Assembly (NCBI GenBank): GCA_024626585.2
Contig: JANKJI020000001.1
Coordinates: forward strand, 7,508,602-7,527,008
Direction of reading: 5' to 3'
Length of the DNA: 18,407 nt
Source: Ginkgo biloba
Taxonomy: Eukaryota; Plantae; Ginkgophyta
How positions within the stretch are numbered: the stretch's first letter is position 1; each line of letters begins with the position of its first letter. A program made the position numbers and the translations under genes. Shown here piece after piece: positions 1 through 10,608 of this stretch. The notes under the pieces were generated by a model. It was not told the DNA's origin. It ran no database searches and worked only from the letters and a program-made list of their open reading frames with translations.

Positions 1-137
1 TCATATGATGAATCATGATGCCATGATGGAAATTTGTATGGTGAATCAAAATTTAGAAATAGAATCATGAATTCATAATTAATTTATAATTTTTCTTTTA
101 TATATAAAATGTTATGTAATATATATATATATAAAAT

Positions 138-204
138 GAACCCCTGAACCCGCGAACCCCCTTTCCAAAAATGCCGCACCCGCACCTTGGTTAAGGTAAC
201 TCTA
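138..204. mobile_element. Probable terminus of a hAT-like DNA transposon/MITE
   Basis: Clustered short GC-rich motifs (GAACCC x3, GCACC x2) end in GGTAACTCTA after an AT-rich/(TA)n stretch. This layout resembles hAT subterminal repeats plus a TIR. No partner TIR or TSD is visible. Confidence 0.35.
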
Positions 205-507
205 ATAAGTTGGTAGATCCTTCTAATAATTTTTCTTTTCATTTTTTTTGTGTTTGAAATTAGATTTCAAGACCAAAACAAAGGCTTAAGAACCAAATTA
301 CATAAAGCACCAAAACTATAATGTTTGGCTCTAGACACAACCAGAACACAATCCTTTATTCTAGCTAATGGCTTGCTACATGTAGCATTCACAAAATCAA
401 GTTTGTTTTACATCTATCATTTACAATCCTTCATTCTAGATCTTTTGTACTATGTTCACTTTACATTTATAGTTGAGTTACAAAATTGAGCATTTGACGC
501 AAGCCTT

Positions 508-1185
508 TCAGTCCTCCAATGGTGGAGGCAAGTTCAGGTCCGAGATGAATGGTTAGGGTGGAGCGTTATTGGTTGCATTTCCTTCATGGGAACTGGATGT
601 GCTGGCAATTATTTGATTTCTCTGTCTAGCCATCTTCACAAGGACACCCAAGAGCTTGGATCTTCTAGTATTGGGAGTCACCCACCACTTCATAATTGGA
701 GTCGTTCGAATCAAATGAGATATGAATTACCTCCACTCCACTACCTCTTCTCGTTGGGGATTGATTGTTATTCCTCACACCATGTTGCAACTTAGTATCC
801 TTATATGGACTACTGCTTTGGCCCTCATTATGTAATCCACGACATTGATCCTTAGACCTGTGGTTGACACATTCCGAGCTTGATTGGCCATGCACAAATT
901 TATCCATACTATGCCCTAATAGTGACGTTAGCAAGAAACAAACACCAACAAACTTCATCCTCAACATTTTAAAAGCAAGTAGAAAGTTATAAAGGATACA
1001 AAGCAACCTTACATAACTTCCCATAATCACTGCAATCACTAGACTCAGTATGAAACATGCATTGAGAGTAGCAATCACTTGTTTGACCAAAGGATGGAAC
1101 TCGACTTTCCTCCCTCAATGAAAAATGCTTACAATATCACCTCGAACCAGCGGGGGGATAATAAGCAAATCACCCTCATTTGGTC
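508..1185 (-). pseudogene. Decayed, probably spliced gene of unknown family with a C-terminal EAR (DLNxxP) motif
   Basis: Minus strand 690-508 reads KWWVTPNTRRSKLLGVLVKMARQRNQIIASTSSSHEGNATNNAPP*PFISDLNLPPPLED* (internal TAA 555-553, terminal TGA 510-508). The upstream frame 915-691 gives ...HSMDKFVHGQSSSEC...VEVIHISFDSNDSNYE and needs a frameshift near 690. Candidate 97-nt intron 1012-916: GTAAGG...T-rich...GCTAAC...TTAG. Confidence 0.45.
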
Positions 1186-1430
1186 CTAATTAACTTGTCA
1201 ATTCAAACCGGTGAGATCACCAATAAGGAATTTTTATATCAAAGGCAAATGTTCCAAGAAATATATGTTTTCCACATAAAATATGAAAATTTGGTGACTA
1301 TAGTACACTTTTTCACTATGTTAATGAATTTGGCAAATATTTTAAATATTTTTTGCTTATTAAGGAATTTCTGTTTTGAAAAAAAAAAAAAAAAATACCT
1401 AATTGGAAAAAAAAAACCTTAAAACTTTCC

Positions 1431-1789
1431 CCATTGAACACACTTGGCTTTCCTGATCTCATTGATTTTTGATGCATGGACTAAATTGGCAACCTTTCTT
1501 TGCAATATTTCATCAAAAGGAGATGCTCCTAAATCTTTCCTAACATATATTAGCTCTCTATCTATGTCTTTATCTATTAGCAGTTATTCTTCTGTTAAAT
1601 CCCCTTAGAAAGGACCCAGTCATATTGATAACATCATTTGACCATTTGATCCAACCATCCTCATTCCTCTCAAGCACTAAATCCTAAAACTTTTGGATGC
1701 TTCTAAAATAATAGGCAATGACTAGATGAAAGGTATTGAGGTTAAAAGCAGTTCTATAGAAAGGCTTCCTTTCCTCTCCCTAGCAAATA
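1431..1789 (-). mobile_element. Degenerate LINE (L1-like) ORF2 fragment, endonuclease-RT linker
   Basis: Reads FYRTAFNLNTFHLVIAYYFRSIQKF*DLVLERNEDGWIKWSNDVINMTGSFLRGFNRR, then after a frameshift near 1590, EE*LLIDKDIDRELIYVRKDLGASPFDEILQRKVANLVHASKINEIRKAKCVQW. This resembles the F-x-L-N plus helical/coiled-coil linker that follows the APE domain. No catalytic motif is seen. Confidence 0.45.
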
Positions 1790-1889
1790 NNNNNNNNNNN
1801 NNNNNNNNNNNNNNNNNNNNNNNNNNNNNNNNNNNNNNNNNNNNNNNNNNNNNNNNNNNNNNNNNNNNNNNNNNNNNNNNNNNNNNNNN

Positions 1890-2330
1890 GGGAGAGTATT
1901 CCCACTATAGAGAAAGCCGAAAAAGCAGAAGAAGAAGAAGAATATATGGTAGAAATTATTTTGATTTTTAATGATTTTGAGTGTTTTTTATGTTTGTATT
2001 GTTTTTGGGCTAAAATTATGTCTTCGATCACCTCGCAGGGTGCCGGAATCAGTCAACAAATATTAAATATTTGGTCTACATGCAAGTAGTCGACATACAG
2101 TTCATATGACCTCGTCCAGGTGATAGGTTTTTNNNNNNNNNNNNNNNNNNNNNNNNNNTGTTTGGTGGTGTTTTCGATTTTCAGAGGTGACTGTCTGATT
2201 GTTAGAAAAAAGGGATAGCCCCTTTCTCCATGTGACTAGGTAGGGTGCTTAGTGTTTTTAAAATTGCGGATTTGAAAGGTTTATCCAATTTGATTAAATT
2301 AAATTGCAACCTTTGAAAAAATTATAAAAG
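1890..2330. mobile_element. Possible LTR-retrotransposon LTR remnants
   Basis: LTR-like termini ...GGGTGCCGGAATCAGTCAACA (ends 2057) and TGTTTGGTGGTGTTTTC (starts 2159, next to a gap). The region is non-coding. No paired LTR, PBS or TSD is visible. Confidence 0.25.
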
Positions 2331-3081
2331 TTTTGAAATTTTTTTATTTTTCAAAATTTTGTCGATTCCTCCCACCTATGGCATTTCAATCCAAAATTTT
2401 TGTCTGGATCTTGGCATCGATTGGTCGTTGCACGCCCCTTCCTCAGCATCACCTACATCTGCAATCCACCACCGAGCGTTCTTACACCTTCCCACGGCGA
2501 TGCTCTAAGCAGTTCGAAGGCATATGCACAGACCTCTCGTGAGCGATTTCAGTTCCAAATCTACAAGCGTCTAAGGTGATCCCTGCAACGCCTCAATGCA
2601 ACCTTTTGAGGCCACCACGATTCAATGTCTCTCGTAGGGTGTCTTCACCAACCCACAGCGTCAACAAAGACCTCCTGCTCACACCGAGCTCTCCCAAAGG
2701 GATGGCGTTCACTTCAACCATTTGCTGCAACGTCTTTCGAAGACCCACGACCCTCCAAACGATGAACAGTTCACTCACCAATCGCAGCCTCTATAACTAT
2801 ACCCAACAACTCCTCCACAGCTCGACGACGTCACTGCAACCTATGAAAACTTCCTCGTTCAATGGTGCCCTCACATGGCTCTTATGGCTTCGTCCACGAC
2901 CTCAAGGCCAGCAAGCTTCTTTTTGACCCATTTGCACCAGTCAACCTCTCGTTTGTCACTGAAAAATAGGCCCTATGGTGTNNNNNNNNNNNNNNNNNNN
3001 NNNNNNNNNNNNNNNNNNNNNNNNNNNNNNNNNNNNNNNNNNNNNNNNNNNNNNNNNNNNNNNNNNNNNNNNNNNNNNNNN

Positions 3082-3180
3082 TAAATGAATACTATTGTAA
3101 TGCCTTTTTACTCTGATGATTTATCTTTCTTGTAGAATTTATATTGTTAGCATGCAAGTTTAAGAGCCAAGACTATAACA
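3082..3180 (+). mobile_element. 3' end of an LTR (3' or solo LTR), same family as the LTR at 6811-8040
   Basis: Ends ...GCATGCAAGTTTAAGAGCCAAGACTATAACA. Bases 3148-3166 are an exact 19-nt reverse complement of 6825-6843, and similarity continues (AATCATCA.AGTA). No PBS follows; it abuts the gypsy pol remnant. Confidence 0.7.
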
Positions 3181-4180
3181 AGCTTTCTCAAAGGAAGGTG
3201 GGAGTTAGGTGAGGACTATGCAAATTTCTTCTCCTAGAGGACTATGCAACACTATTATCGTAGTTGCCCAACGAATCTTGGACAAAGCATAGTGCTACCA
3301 CATTCTACTTTTCTTTCTTGTACACAACTTTTGGAGAGAACACATCAAACACCAAAGGCCATCTATACAAACTTGAAGTTAACTCTCCTACTGATGGAAA
3401 GTAAACCACAGGCTTATGCTTCGTAATTACCTCCATGCCATTATTCTTTAGGTAATGCTTCTAACATTTGATGGCGTGAATGATGGCCAAAAGTTGCTTA
3501 TCATAGATGGGGTATCTTTGCTCCTACAGATTCATCTTTTTGCTTTTGTATGAGATTACCTTTCCAGCCCGCATCAACACTTCACCAATGGCATACTAGC
3601 ATCTTTGTGCATTACAAAAGGCTTACATGGATATGGTAGGATCAATATTAGGGCCTAATAAAATTTTGGTTTAGTACTTCAAAGCTTTGTTTATGCTTTT
3701 CTGACCATACAAACCGGGTCTTTGTTTCAACAAGTATTTTAGACATGTAGCTATTTTAGCAAAGCCAAAAATTGAATCGTCAATAAATGCTTGCAAGGCC
3801 ATGAAAACCCCTAACTTCATGTGCATTTTGAGGAATAAACCAATTTTCAACAACTTCTATTTTATTAAGATCAACAAGTATGCCCTTTGCATTGACAATG
3901 TGGCCCAAATATTCAATCTATGGCTTGTAAAAGCCACACTTTGAGGCTTTAGCCTAGAGCTTACGCTCTCAAAGAACCTACAAGACCCCCTTCCAATNNN
4001 NNNNNNNNNNNNNNNNNNNNNNNNNNNNNNNNNNNNNNNNNNNNNNNNNNNNNNNNNNNNNNNNNNNNNNNNNNNTGGATCAAGAACCCCATTCATCATT
4101 CTCATTAGTGTAATAGGAGCTTTGTTTAGTCCAAATGGCATAACAAGAAACTTTTAATGGCCATCCCTCGTTGTCAACGT
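3181..4180 (-). mobile_element. pol: Ty3/gypsy pol remnant: reverse transcriptase and RNase H (pseudogenised)
   Basis: TRDGH*KFLVMPFGLNKAPITLMRMMNGVLDP, then a 78-N gap where YxDD is expected, then L*AKASKCGFYKP*IEYLGHIVNAKGILVDLNKIEVVENWFIPQNAHEVRGFHGLASIY*RF. Frameshifted RNase H pieces follow (KPFVMHKDAS, YPIYDKQLLAIIHAIKC*KHYL, VVYKK..NVVA). Many stops and frameshifts. Confidence 0.93.
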
Positions 4181-4485
4181 TGTTAGAATATTAATGACAA
4201 GCTTCTAGAGTTTCTAGGATATCCAAAGTTAAAGGGTATCTAAATTAAAGTGTTACCTTGAGTTATGTGTCAAGGTATGTTGGCAGTAGTGTCATCTATA
4301 AGCCAAAGTGTGAGTATAAATACATGATGATTATTCCATGTATTTGTGAAAATCAGATGTAACAGTCTTCAAGTAATGTGATATCGTGCATGTGCAAATA
4401 AGAACAATGGTTGAATGATTTCTATCTTATGTGTTTTGTGCTTATGTGATTGCAAGATGGTATCAGAGTAATAGAGATTTTAATA
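4181..4485 (+). mobile_element. 5' LTR (~305 bp) of an LTR element nested in the gypsy RT
   Basis: RT homology stops exactly at 4180. The LTR starts TGTTAGAA and ends TTTTAATA (6/8 inverted match, CA decayed to TA) immediately before a PBS. TATAAATA at 4315-4322. Predicted TSD AACGT (4176-4180). Confidence 0.75.
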
Positions 4486-4498
4486 TGGTATCACAGCC
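4458..4498 (+). promoter_or_regulatory. Two tandem tRNA-iMet primer-binding-site sequences
   Basis: TGGTATCAGAG at 4458-4468 and TGGTATCACAGCC at 4486-4498; the plant iMet PBS consensus is TGGTATCAGAGC(C). Confidence 0.8.
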
Positions 4499-4663
4499 AT
4501 GTTCCTGAGAGGATTGGTAGCTGGGCAATGGCCACAAAGGAGAACCATGTTCTAGGACTATGAGGTAGCAGGGTGGTAACTGTGCAAAGAAAGACAAAGG
4601 AGAGCCATGTTATTGAGAGGATCGTGAGTTGAGTTGGAGCCATGCTCCTTGAGGACCGTGAGT
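4494..4663 (+). repeat. Four imperfect direct repeats in the retroelement leader
   Basis: CAGCCATGTTCCTGAGAGGAT (4494), GAACCATGTTCTAGGACT (~4542), GAGCCATGTTATTGAGAGGATCGTGAGTT (~4602), GAGCCATGCTCCTTGAGGACCGTGAGTT (~4637). Confidence 0.65.
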
Positions 4664-5058
4664 TAAGACAATGGTTGCACAAGAGGAAGGCGAAAGCATT
4701 CCAGGACTGCAATAACAATCTGTGAATCAAGAAGAATATATTTTTTATGGTGACTATAACTGAAAGCATTGAAGAACCAAACTGAGCGATGGCTTCTAGA
4801 TGGAGTAGCCTTATTGACACTATCTCTAGCAAGCAGATCGATGGAGTAGGTTTGTAGATGAGCAAGACCATCCAAAGACGATACAACTCCATCAGATAAA
4901 TTTGTGAACGTTGTTGAGATGACCAAAGAAGGGTTTCTATTTATCGAATCGATAAATGGAGAACATATGATCATAGAAAAAATTAAAGGCATCATAGATA
5001 GAGGAATTTGGTCCATGGAATAAGGTGTATAGAAGAAGGTGTGCATCCCACAACACAC

Positions 5059-5350
5059 ATGAGGAACCTAAGTATATTGAAGGCAACGACAATGAACCAA
5101 TGCACAAGTAACACTTAGGGAGATGTGAAGGGTTTAAGAGATGCCCAACCAAGAAAAAATGCCAAGTATATATCTGATCTATATTAATATAGTATCTTAG
5201 CACCCATAAGAAATCCTATCGAGGAGGAGAATGAAAACACAGGCTGTAACTCATCGAAGTAGTGCACATCCAAAGAAAAGATAAGTTTGTTGATCCATCC
5301 ACATCAACGAATCCACCCAAGTTAAAAGTCTGACGAATATAGTGATTGAA
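5059..5350 (+). mobile_element. Possible highly decayed Ty1/copia RNase H C-terminus
   Basis: MRNLSILKATTMNQCTSNT*GDVKGLRDAQPRKNAKYI...IRNPIEEE / IEVVHIQRKDKFVDPST loosely follows the copia consensus CDN.GAI.L..NP..H..TKHI....IR..IE...I...HI....Q.AD..TK. Weak match. Confidence 0.3.
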
Positions 5351-6261
5351 CAGTGTTAAAGAGAAGAAGGTAGATTATTCATAGAGGATTAAAGTTTAGC
5401 CTAAGAAAATTATTGAAGTTAATGCGTAAGGTAGGGCTAGAGTAAAAAATTATACTAAGTTCAAAACATGTAAAGAAACTACAAACATCCATGGGTAGAA
5501 TCGAACCTAAGAAGAGAACTTATCCCAACGTAATAGACATACATGAAGAGGAGATGTAGATTAGAGAAGGTATGAAAAAAAATATGCATAATAGGAAAAA
5601 TTATAGATGACGGTAAAATTTAAAGGCAAACCCAATTCGACCACGAAGGTTTGATTTTTGGAAAAATATCTTTTCCTTTATAATGTTGGAAGTGATTTAA
5701 TCAAATTGATTTTTTTTTTCAAGTATGTGGTTAGTGGACAGTCAACTTAAGTGATTATAAGAAAATATTTTTAGCTAACCATTTGTGGTTTAAAAGTTAA
5801 TTTTCANNNNNNNNNNNNNNNNNNNNNNNNNNNNNNNNNNNNNNNNNNNNNNNNNNNNNNNNNNNNNNNNNNNNNNNNNNNNNNNNNNNNNNNNNNNNNN
5901 NNNNNNCAAGTGAACGGAAATCCAGCAGAGGCAGAGAAGTAAACGAAGCGACCAGTAAATGAAGAAGACACCAAGGAGAAACGAACAAAATTGCAGTTGA
6001 TATGATGATCGAGGGAAAATGAACAAATGCCAAAATAATCGGAAGCCATCTAAAGGCAATCGTAGTACAGGGCACAACGGAGAAGCAAAGGCGGGAGCTC
6101 AATCACTAGAGAAACTGTGAGTTAGACATAATCACAGAGACATGAAGAAATTGGCAAATCGCCACAAGAAGATCGAATCCAATCTGGAAAAGATGCCCGA
6201 AACGCAATAGCACAGGCGAGAGACAACGAGCATAAACAAAAAAAAAATTGTCAAGTTTTGA

Positions 6262-6779
6262 AAAATTCATCAGGACCTCCTTCAACTCAAGCTAGGTGGT
6301 GATCTTTTGCCTCATACTGTCTTCCACTTCTCTCTAAACACCGTTCCTCCATTCCCTAACAGAGCCTTTGAATGCCATAAAGGTAACCTTGTTTTCTTCA
6401 AATATACCAAAAGGTTTAAAGAAAGTCTCAACAAACCTTACCCATGCCTGAAAAGAAGTACCAAGAGCTATGCCATCATAGTCTAATATTTGTATATTCT
6501 TTAACTGCTTTACATTTTGCAACAACTTCCAATCCCTTTTTGACCACTTATGCTTTGGTTCCTGATCTTCAAACTTTTCTAACGGCGCTCTTTCTTCCTT
6601 AGGAAAGTTCTCTTGCTCTTCTTCTTCTTTCAGTGTTAGTTCCTTAACTTACTCCATCTCTTCTCACTTCCATCTCCTTTCATAGGAAGGACCAAGTTTT
6701 GTTGAGGTTGCCTATCTTCCTTAAGCTTCCTCACTTCAACTTTAACACCTTCCAACTTCTTCAAGATCTTGAATTCCAT
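6262..6779 (-). mobile_element. gag: Ty3/gypsy gag remnant
   Basis: ATG at 6779, 18 nt downstream of the PBS. A charged N-terminus is followed by IQILDYDGIALGTSFQAWVRFVETFFKPFGIFEENKVTFMAFKGSVREWRNGV*REVEDSMRQKITT*LELKEVLMNF, matching the Retrotrans_gag pattern (Y-D-G...W...ETYF...KG.A..WW...ITTW.ELK..L...F). Confidence 0.8.
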
Positions 6780-6796
6780 CCTTAAATCCTCCCCCG

Positions 6797-6809
6797 GGCT
6801 CTAATACCA
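6797..6809 (-). promoter_or_regulatory. tRNA-iMet primer-binding site
   Basis: Minus strand TGGTATTAGAGCC (1 mismatch to consensus), 1 nt after the LTR end ...GGGACTATTCCA. Confidence 0.85.
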
Positions 6810-6810
6810 T

Positions 6811-8040
6811 TGGAATAGTCCCGCCTCTTAAACTTGCATGCTAGTATTATTAGATTTGTAGACATAGACAATCATCAAAGTACAAATGATAAGAAATATT
6901 CTTTTGTATTAATGATTAGCATACAAACAAGTACAACCTGTCAAGCTCAAATGCTAGACCGCTAGGGGCAAGGGTAGGCTAGACAAATCGAACTAGCATC
7001 CACTATTGGCCATCAGGGACAGAGTAAAAGGGCCTATTTGACTAACAACCAAACCTTTAGCGACAACACAATACACACTATCAACACCAAGCAACTATGA
7101 CTACTCCACTTCATTCCATCCCTTAACTCAGCCAAGTAGGAGTGGTAGGCATAGGTCTATTTTCAACCCCTTTTTGGCACAAGGACAATCTCCTAAATGA
7201 GATACCCACCCCTAACTGACAGAATACATGCATGTAAGCATAGCTGACTGCAACATAAATGCGAGCAATAGATAAGGTGCACAAAATAACCATGCCAGTC
7301 AGTGTATATTTGTACGACCCATTGCACTCGCAGACCTCATAGCATGGGAGCGTCTCCAAGGGTTCTTAGGGTGCTAGCTGACCCTCTATCAATTTGTCCA
7401 AAAAATTCATAAATGCTCACAAGGGCTATGGCTCGTAAGGTTCCAAGTTGGGCAAAATGCATTAAATGCAATGGCATAGCTAAACCTATGTACAACAGAT
7501 GCCTCAGTGGATTTCTTACTAGGATAAGTTGACCCCTAAGCTAGACGCTACTGTTTAGAATCTTGAAACAAGAGGGAATAATCAATGCACCAAACCCTAA
7601 GTGTCCATTCAATCTAATTTCAACCATAAACAGTACCAAATTGCTCTTTGACCAAGAGCACCCTATTTTAAGGAACACATTTTTGCAATCTTGGGGTTTA
7701 TAAACCCCCACACATGCATACATAACTATAAATTCAGATTTTAGACTATTTTTATTTTTGNNNNNNNNNNNNNNNNNNNNNNNNNNNNNNNNNNNNNNNN
7801 NNNNNNNNNNNNNNNAAAGTAAGGAACAAGTACTTACAATATATGGTGACTTACCTATCAAAAGCAAATAATTGAAGATTCTAGGCTCTTATGTAGACCA
7901 AAATTTCTTAGTTTAGTCTTCTAGAATGCAACAACTCACTTTCAGGGCCAAGTATGATGCAGTGCTTATGCAATACTAGTTACTAGGTGCTAGAAAAGGC
8001 CTGCAAATGTTGTGAGAATGTGGGTCCCAAGGTTGTAACA
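6811..8040 (-). mobile_element. 5' LTR (~1.2 kb) of the gypsy element
   Basis: The 3' end is fixed by the PBS. The 5' end is tentatively TGTTACAACC at 8040, which inversely matches the family end ...TATAACA seen at 3174-3180. Candidate TATA box at 7697-7704. Confidence 0.6.
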
Positions 8041-10508
8041 CATGTTAGCAACAAGTGTTGTTGCCAACAATTGTATTTCATTATGCATTTATTGTAGAAG
8101 AACATCAAAATAGTAGTATTCATTCATATGTTAGGGCACACATCATGAAAGCTTGGAATATGGGGTATAAGACATCATTTATTACAATCATAGTGCATAG
8201 GATTCAGTGCTAGGGTATAACCTCTCACACTAAGCTCGAACACTTAAAANNNNNNNNNNNNNNNNNNNNNNNNNNNNNNNNNNNNNNNNNNNNNNNNNNN
8301 CTACTATATATGCGTTCTATCTCTTCATTTATGATATGACATGACTTTTCGTAAAATTAGGTCACAGATTCACAACCCTATTATTTTCTCTTCAATAAAT
8401 GCACCCCTTTTAGGGCATTAAATGTAGCCTATTATGAGGGTAATTAATGTGCTCTTCTTTTTCTTCCTTAAATATTGATCATTGAGTAATTAATGCGCCT
8501 TAATAAACCTTAAGTCGTCTTTGACTAGCATTGATCATGTCATAAATTCTCCTTAATTAATGTTGATGTCATAAATTGTGACTTAACTAGGGTTATCTTA
8601 ACCCATGTTGACTCGATGTTGACTGTGTCATAAATGCTTCTTATTTAATGCTAATGTCATTAAATGGGACCTAATTAAGGTCGGCTTAACCTGCATTGAT
8701 TGAACGTCGACCAAGNNNNNNNNNNNNNNNNNNNNNNNNNNNNNNNNNNNNNNNNNNNNNNNNNNNNNNNNNNNNNNNNNNNNNNNNNNNNNNNNNNNNN
8801 NNNNNNNNNNNNNNNCTAGCAAGATTCAGAGAAAACGGAACATAACAAATTGAAAATAAACAAGACACTGCTCTGTGAGTATTGCAAGTAAGGAAAAACG
8901 GCAGAAAACTGTACACAGAATATTTACCAGCTCAAGAAATAAACAAAGACACAGACTGCTCATTGGGACAACTCAGATTTTCAAATTGTTCTCCCTTGTG
9001 CCACATGTTTTAAATAGGGGAAAAAAAAAGTAAAGCCAGGGACGCTGCAAATAGGCCTAGGCCATTCCATGAATTCAATCCCCACTCCACCATGCTTTCG
9101 CTAATGCTCACATATTTTTGAGGCAGGTAACACTGAGTTCATTTGACATTTTGATTTCCAAGTATCCATTGAGTATTCCATGTTTATTGAGATGCCTATC
9201 CATCCTGCATTCTTAGTTATAGAGAGGCTCCGACTCCAGAGAAAACCAACGCACCGTAGATTAGCATCTGACTACAGTACTGGTGTTGTTGTTAAATGAT
9301 TGTTTGTAGAGGTTTAACAGGGTCAAAACTAGAATAGGAAGGTGATCTTATCCAGGCTCCAATATTCAGAAGGCTTTTTTATTACAAGTTAACGAAGAAG
9401 AGAGATAATTGTTTCTTCTGCATTTAGAAACACCACCACATTAGCTCAGACATTGAGGTGAAGAATCCTCTGGTTTCCTCATCAACAAGCACAGCTGCAC
9501 ATGGCATTGGGGCTTTGTTGCATGTGCAAGTAATATGACTCCATAGGGATTGAACCAGTCGCGAATGGCAGGGCCACTTTAGGCACCAGACTTCCTGACC
9601 AAGATATAGCTACATATTTACTTTGCATTTAAATTTTCATGGCCCATGTGGGCACAAGATAATCCCCAACCAAAAACTCAAGCAACATAAAATCCAGACA
9701 AATGTATGACATATCTTTCCAACTTGGCAGTCAATGTTTATGTCATATCACAACCAGCCTGAATGATAAGAAATGTAGCTTTTTAGATCTTGGTTTTGAA
9801 TAAGTACCATGTACATATTGTTGGAGCTGAATTACAAGACACTCTTTTCACCAGTTGGTAGATTCTGGCATGTTTCCTGGATGTGGATATAGGTACCTGA
9901 AAGGATATGAAATTCTACAGATTTTGCAGCCACTATATTCTGCCTTGAGTGGCACTTAACACTGACATATGAATTAACGTAAATTTGTGAATGTAAATAC
10001 AATTAATTACTAACGTCACAACAGCCAGGTGTTGTAGGGCATAAAGGACACTATTGAATGAGATTTTGTTTTACTTGGAATAGAAGATAAACCTTCTGCT
10101 ACTCCTGGGACGTTGTTGGAAACAGTGTCTTTTCCATTTATTCATTTCCTTTAACAGGATTGCCGTACCTCATTTGATTTTATTTTATTTGAAATACAAG
10201 GCTCTCTGTGTTGGAACTCACATTATCACAACATTTTCAGATGTCAAAGTTCTATACCCACTTACAGCCTAAAAGTTTAACAATGATAGGCCAGACTCTC
10301 TAGGTGATTGTGGCGCCAGCTACCTGAGTAGGTGCATCTCCAAATGGTCTTGGGACATATAAAGTTTTACGTGTGGGATTGCAGCTAGTTACCAGACTTG
10401 GGCAAAAAAAGCGGGGTATCATTAAACTAAGGGCCACTTTGCACTGATTGGTGAGTTGGAGTAAAGGAAATAAATGTTTCCTCCGTACGAGATTAAAGCA
10501 AGCGCTCA

Positions 10509-10608
10509 TACCTTCGTGATGTTACCTTGTGAAGTACTTTCAGGGAGGGCAAAATCGATTGGATTTAGTAAAAAAATATTTTCCCTGAAAGAATATAGTA
10601 TGAAGGTA
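10509..10608. repeat. Imperfect inverted repeat/hairpin
   Basis: CTTTCAGGGA (10537-10546) pairs perfectly with TCCCTGAAAG (10582-10591). The outer arms TACCTTCGT (10509-10517) and ATGAAGGTA (10600-10608) pair with one G-U. Confidence 0.7.

Noticed and set aside
665-1090. 141-aa ORF as a two-TM membrane protein
   Set aside because: It has a TTG start, and much of the hydrophobic stretch coincides with a T-rich GT-AG intron candidate (1012-916).
1379-1395. A17 run as the poly(A) tail of the LINE fragment
   Set aside because: Wrong strand: a minus-strand LINE tail would be poly(T) on plus, and the RT and 3' regions are missing.
2023-2045. tRNA 3'-half-like TTCGATCACCTCGCAGGGTGCC
   Set aside because: It lacks the invariant C61 and a paired T-stem, and there is no 5' half.
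4494-4663. CRISPR-like repeat-spacer array
   Set aside because: The repeats are divergent with uneven spacing, lie in a eukaryotic retroelement leader, and have no cas genes nearby.
4491-5203. Minus-strand ORFs of 88-133 aa, and the other short or N-spanning ORFs in the track
   Set aside because: They are antisense shadows of purine-rich TE sequence or artefacts of N read-through, with no motifs.
8301-8715. LTR U3-like sequence
   Set aside because: It is flanked by gaps, with no terminus, PBS or PPT to support a call.
10521-10562. 10-nt match to the 16S 1492R site and loose miR395/miR399-like strings
   Set aside because: The matches are too short or too mismatched and are expected by chance.
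10512-10591. C/D-box snoRNA (GTGATGT...CTGA)
   Set aside because: The C box is imperfect, the guide region is low-complexity with no recognisable rRNA target, and it is antisense to the host gene.
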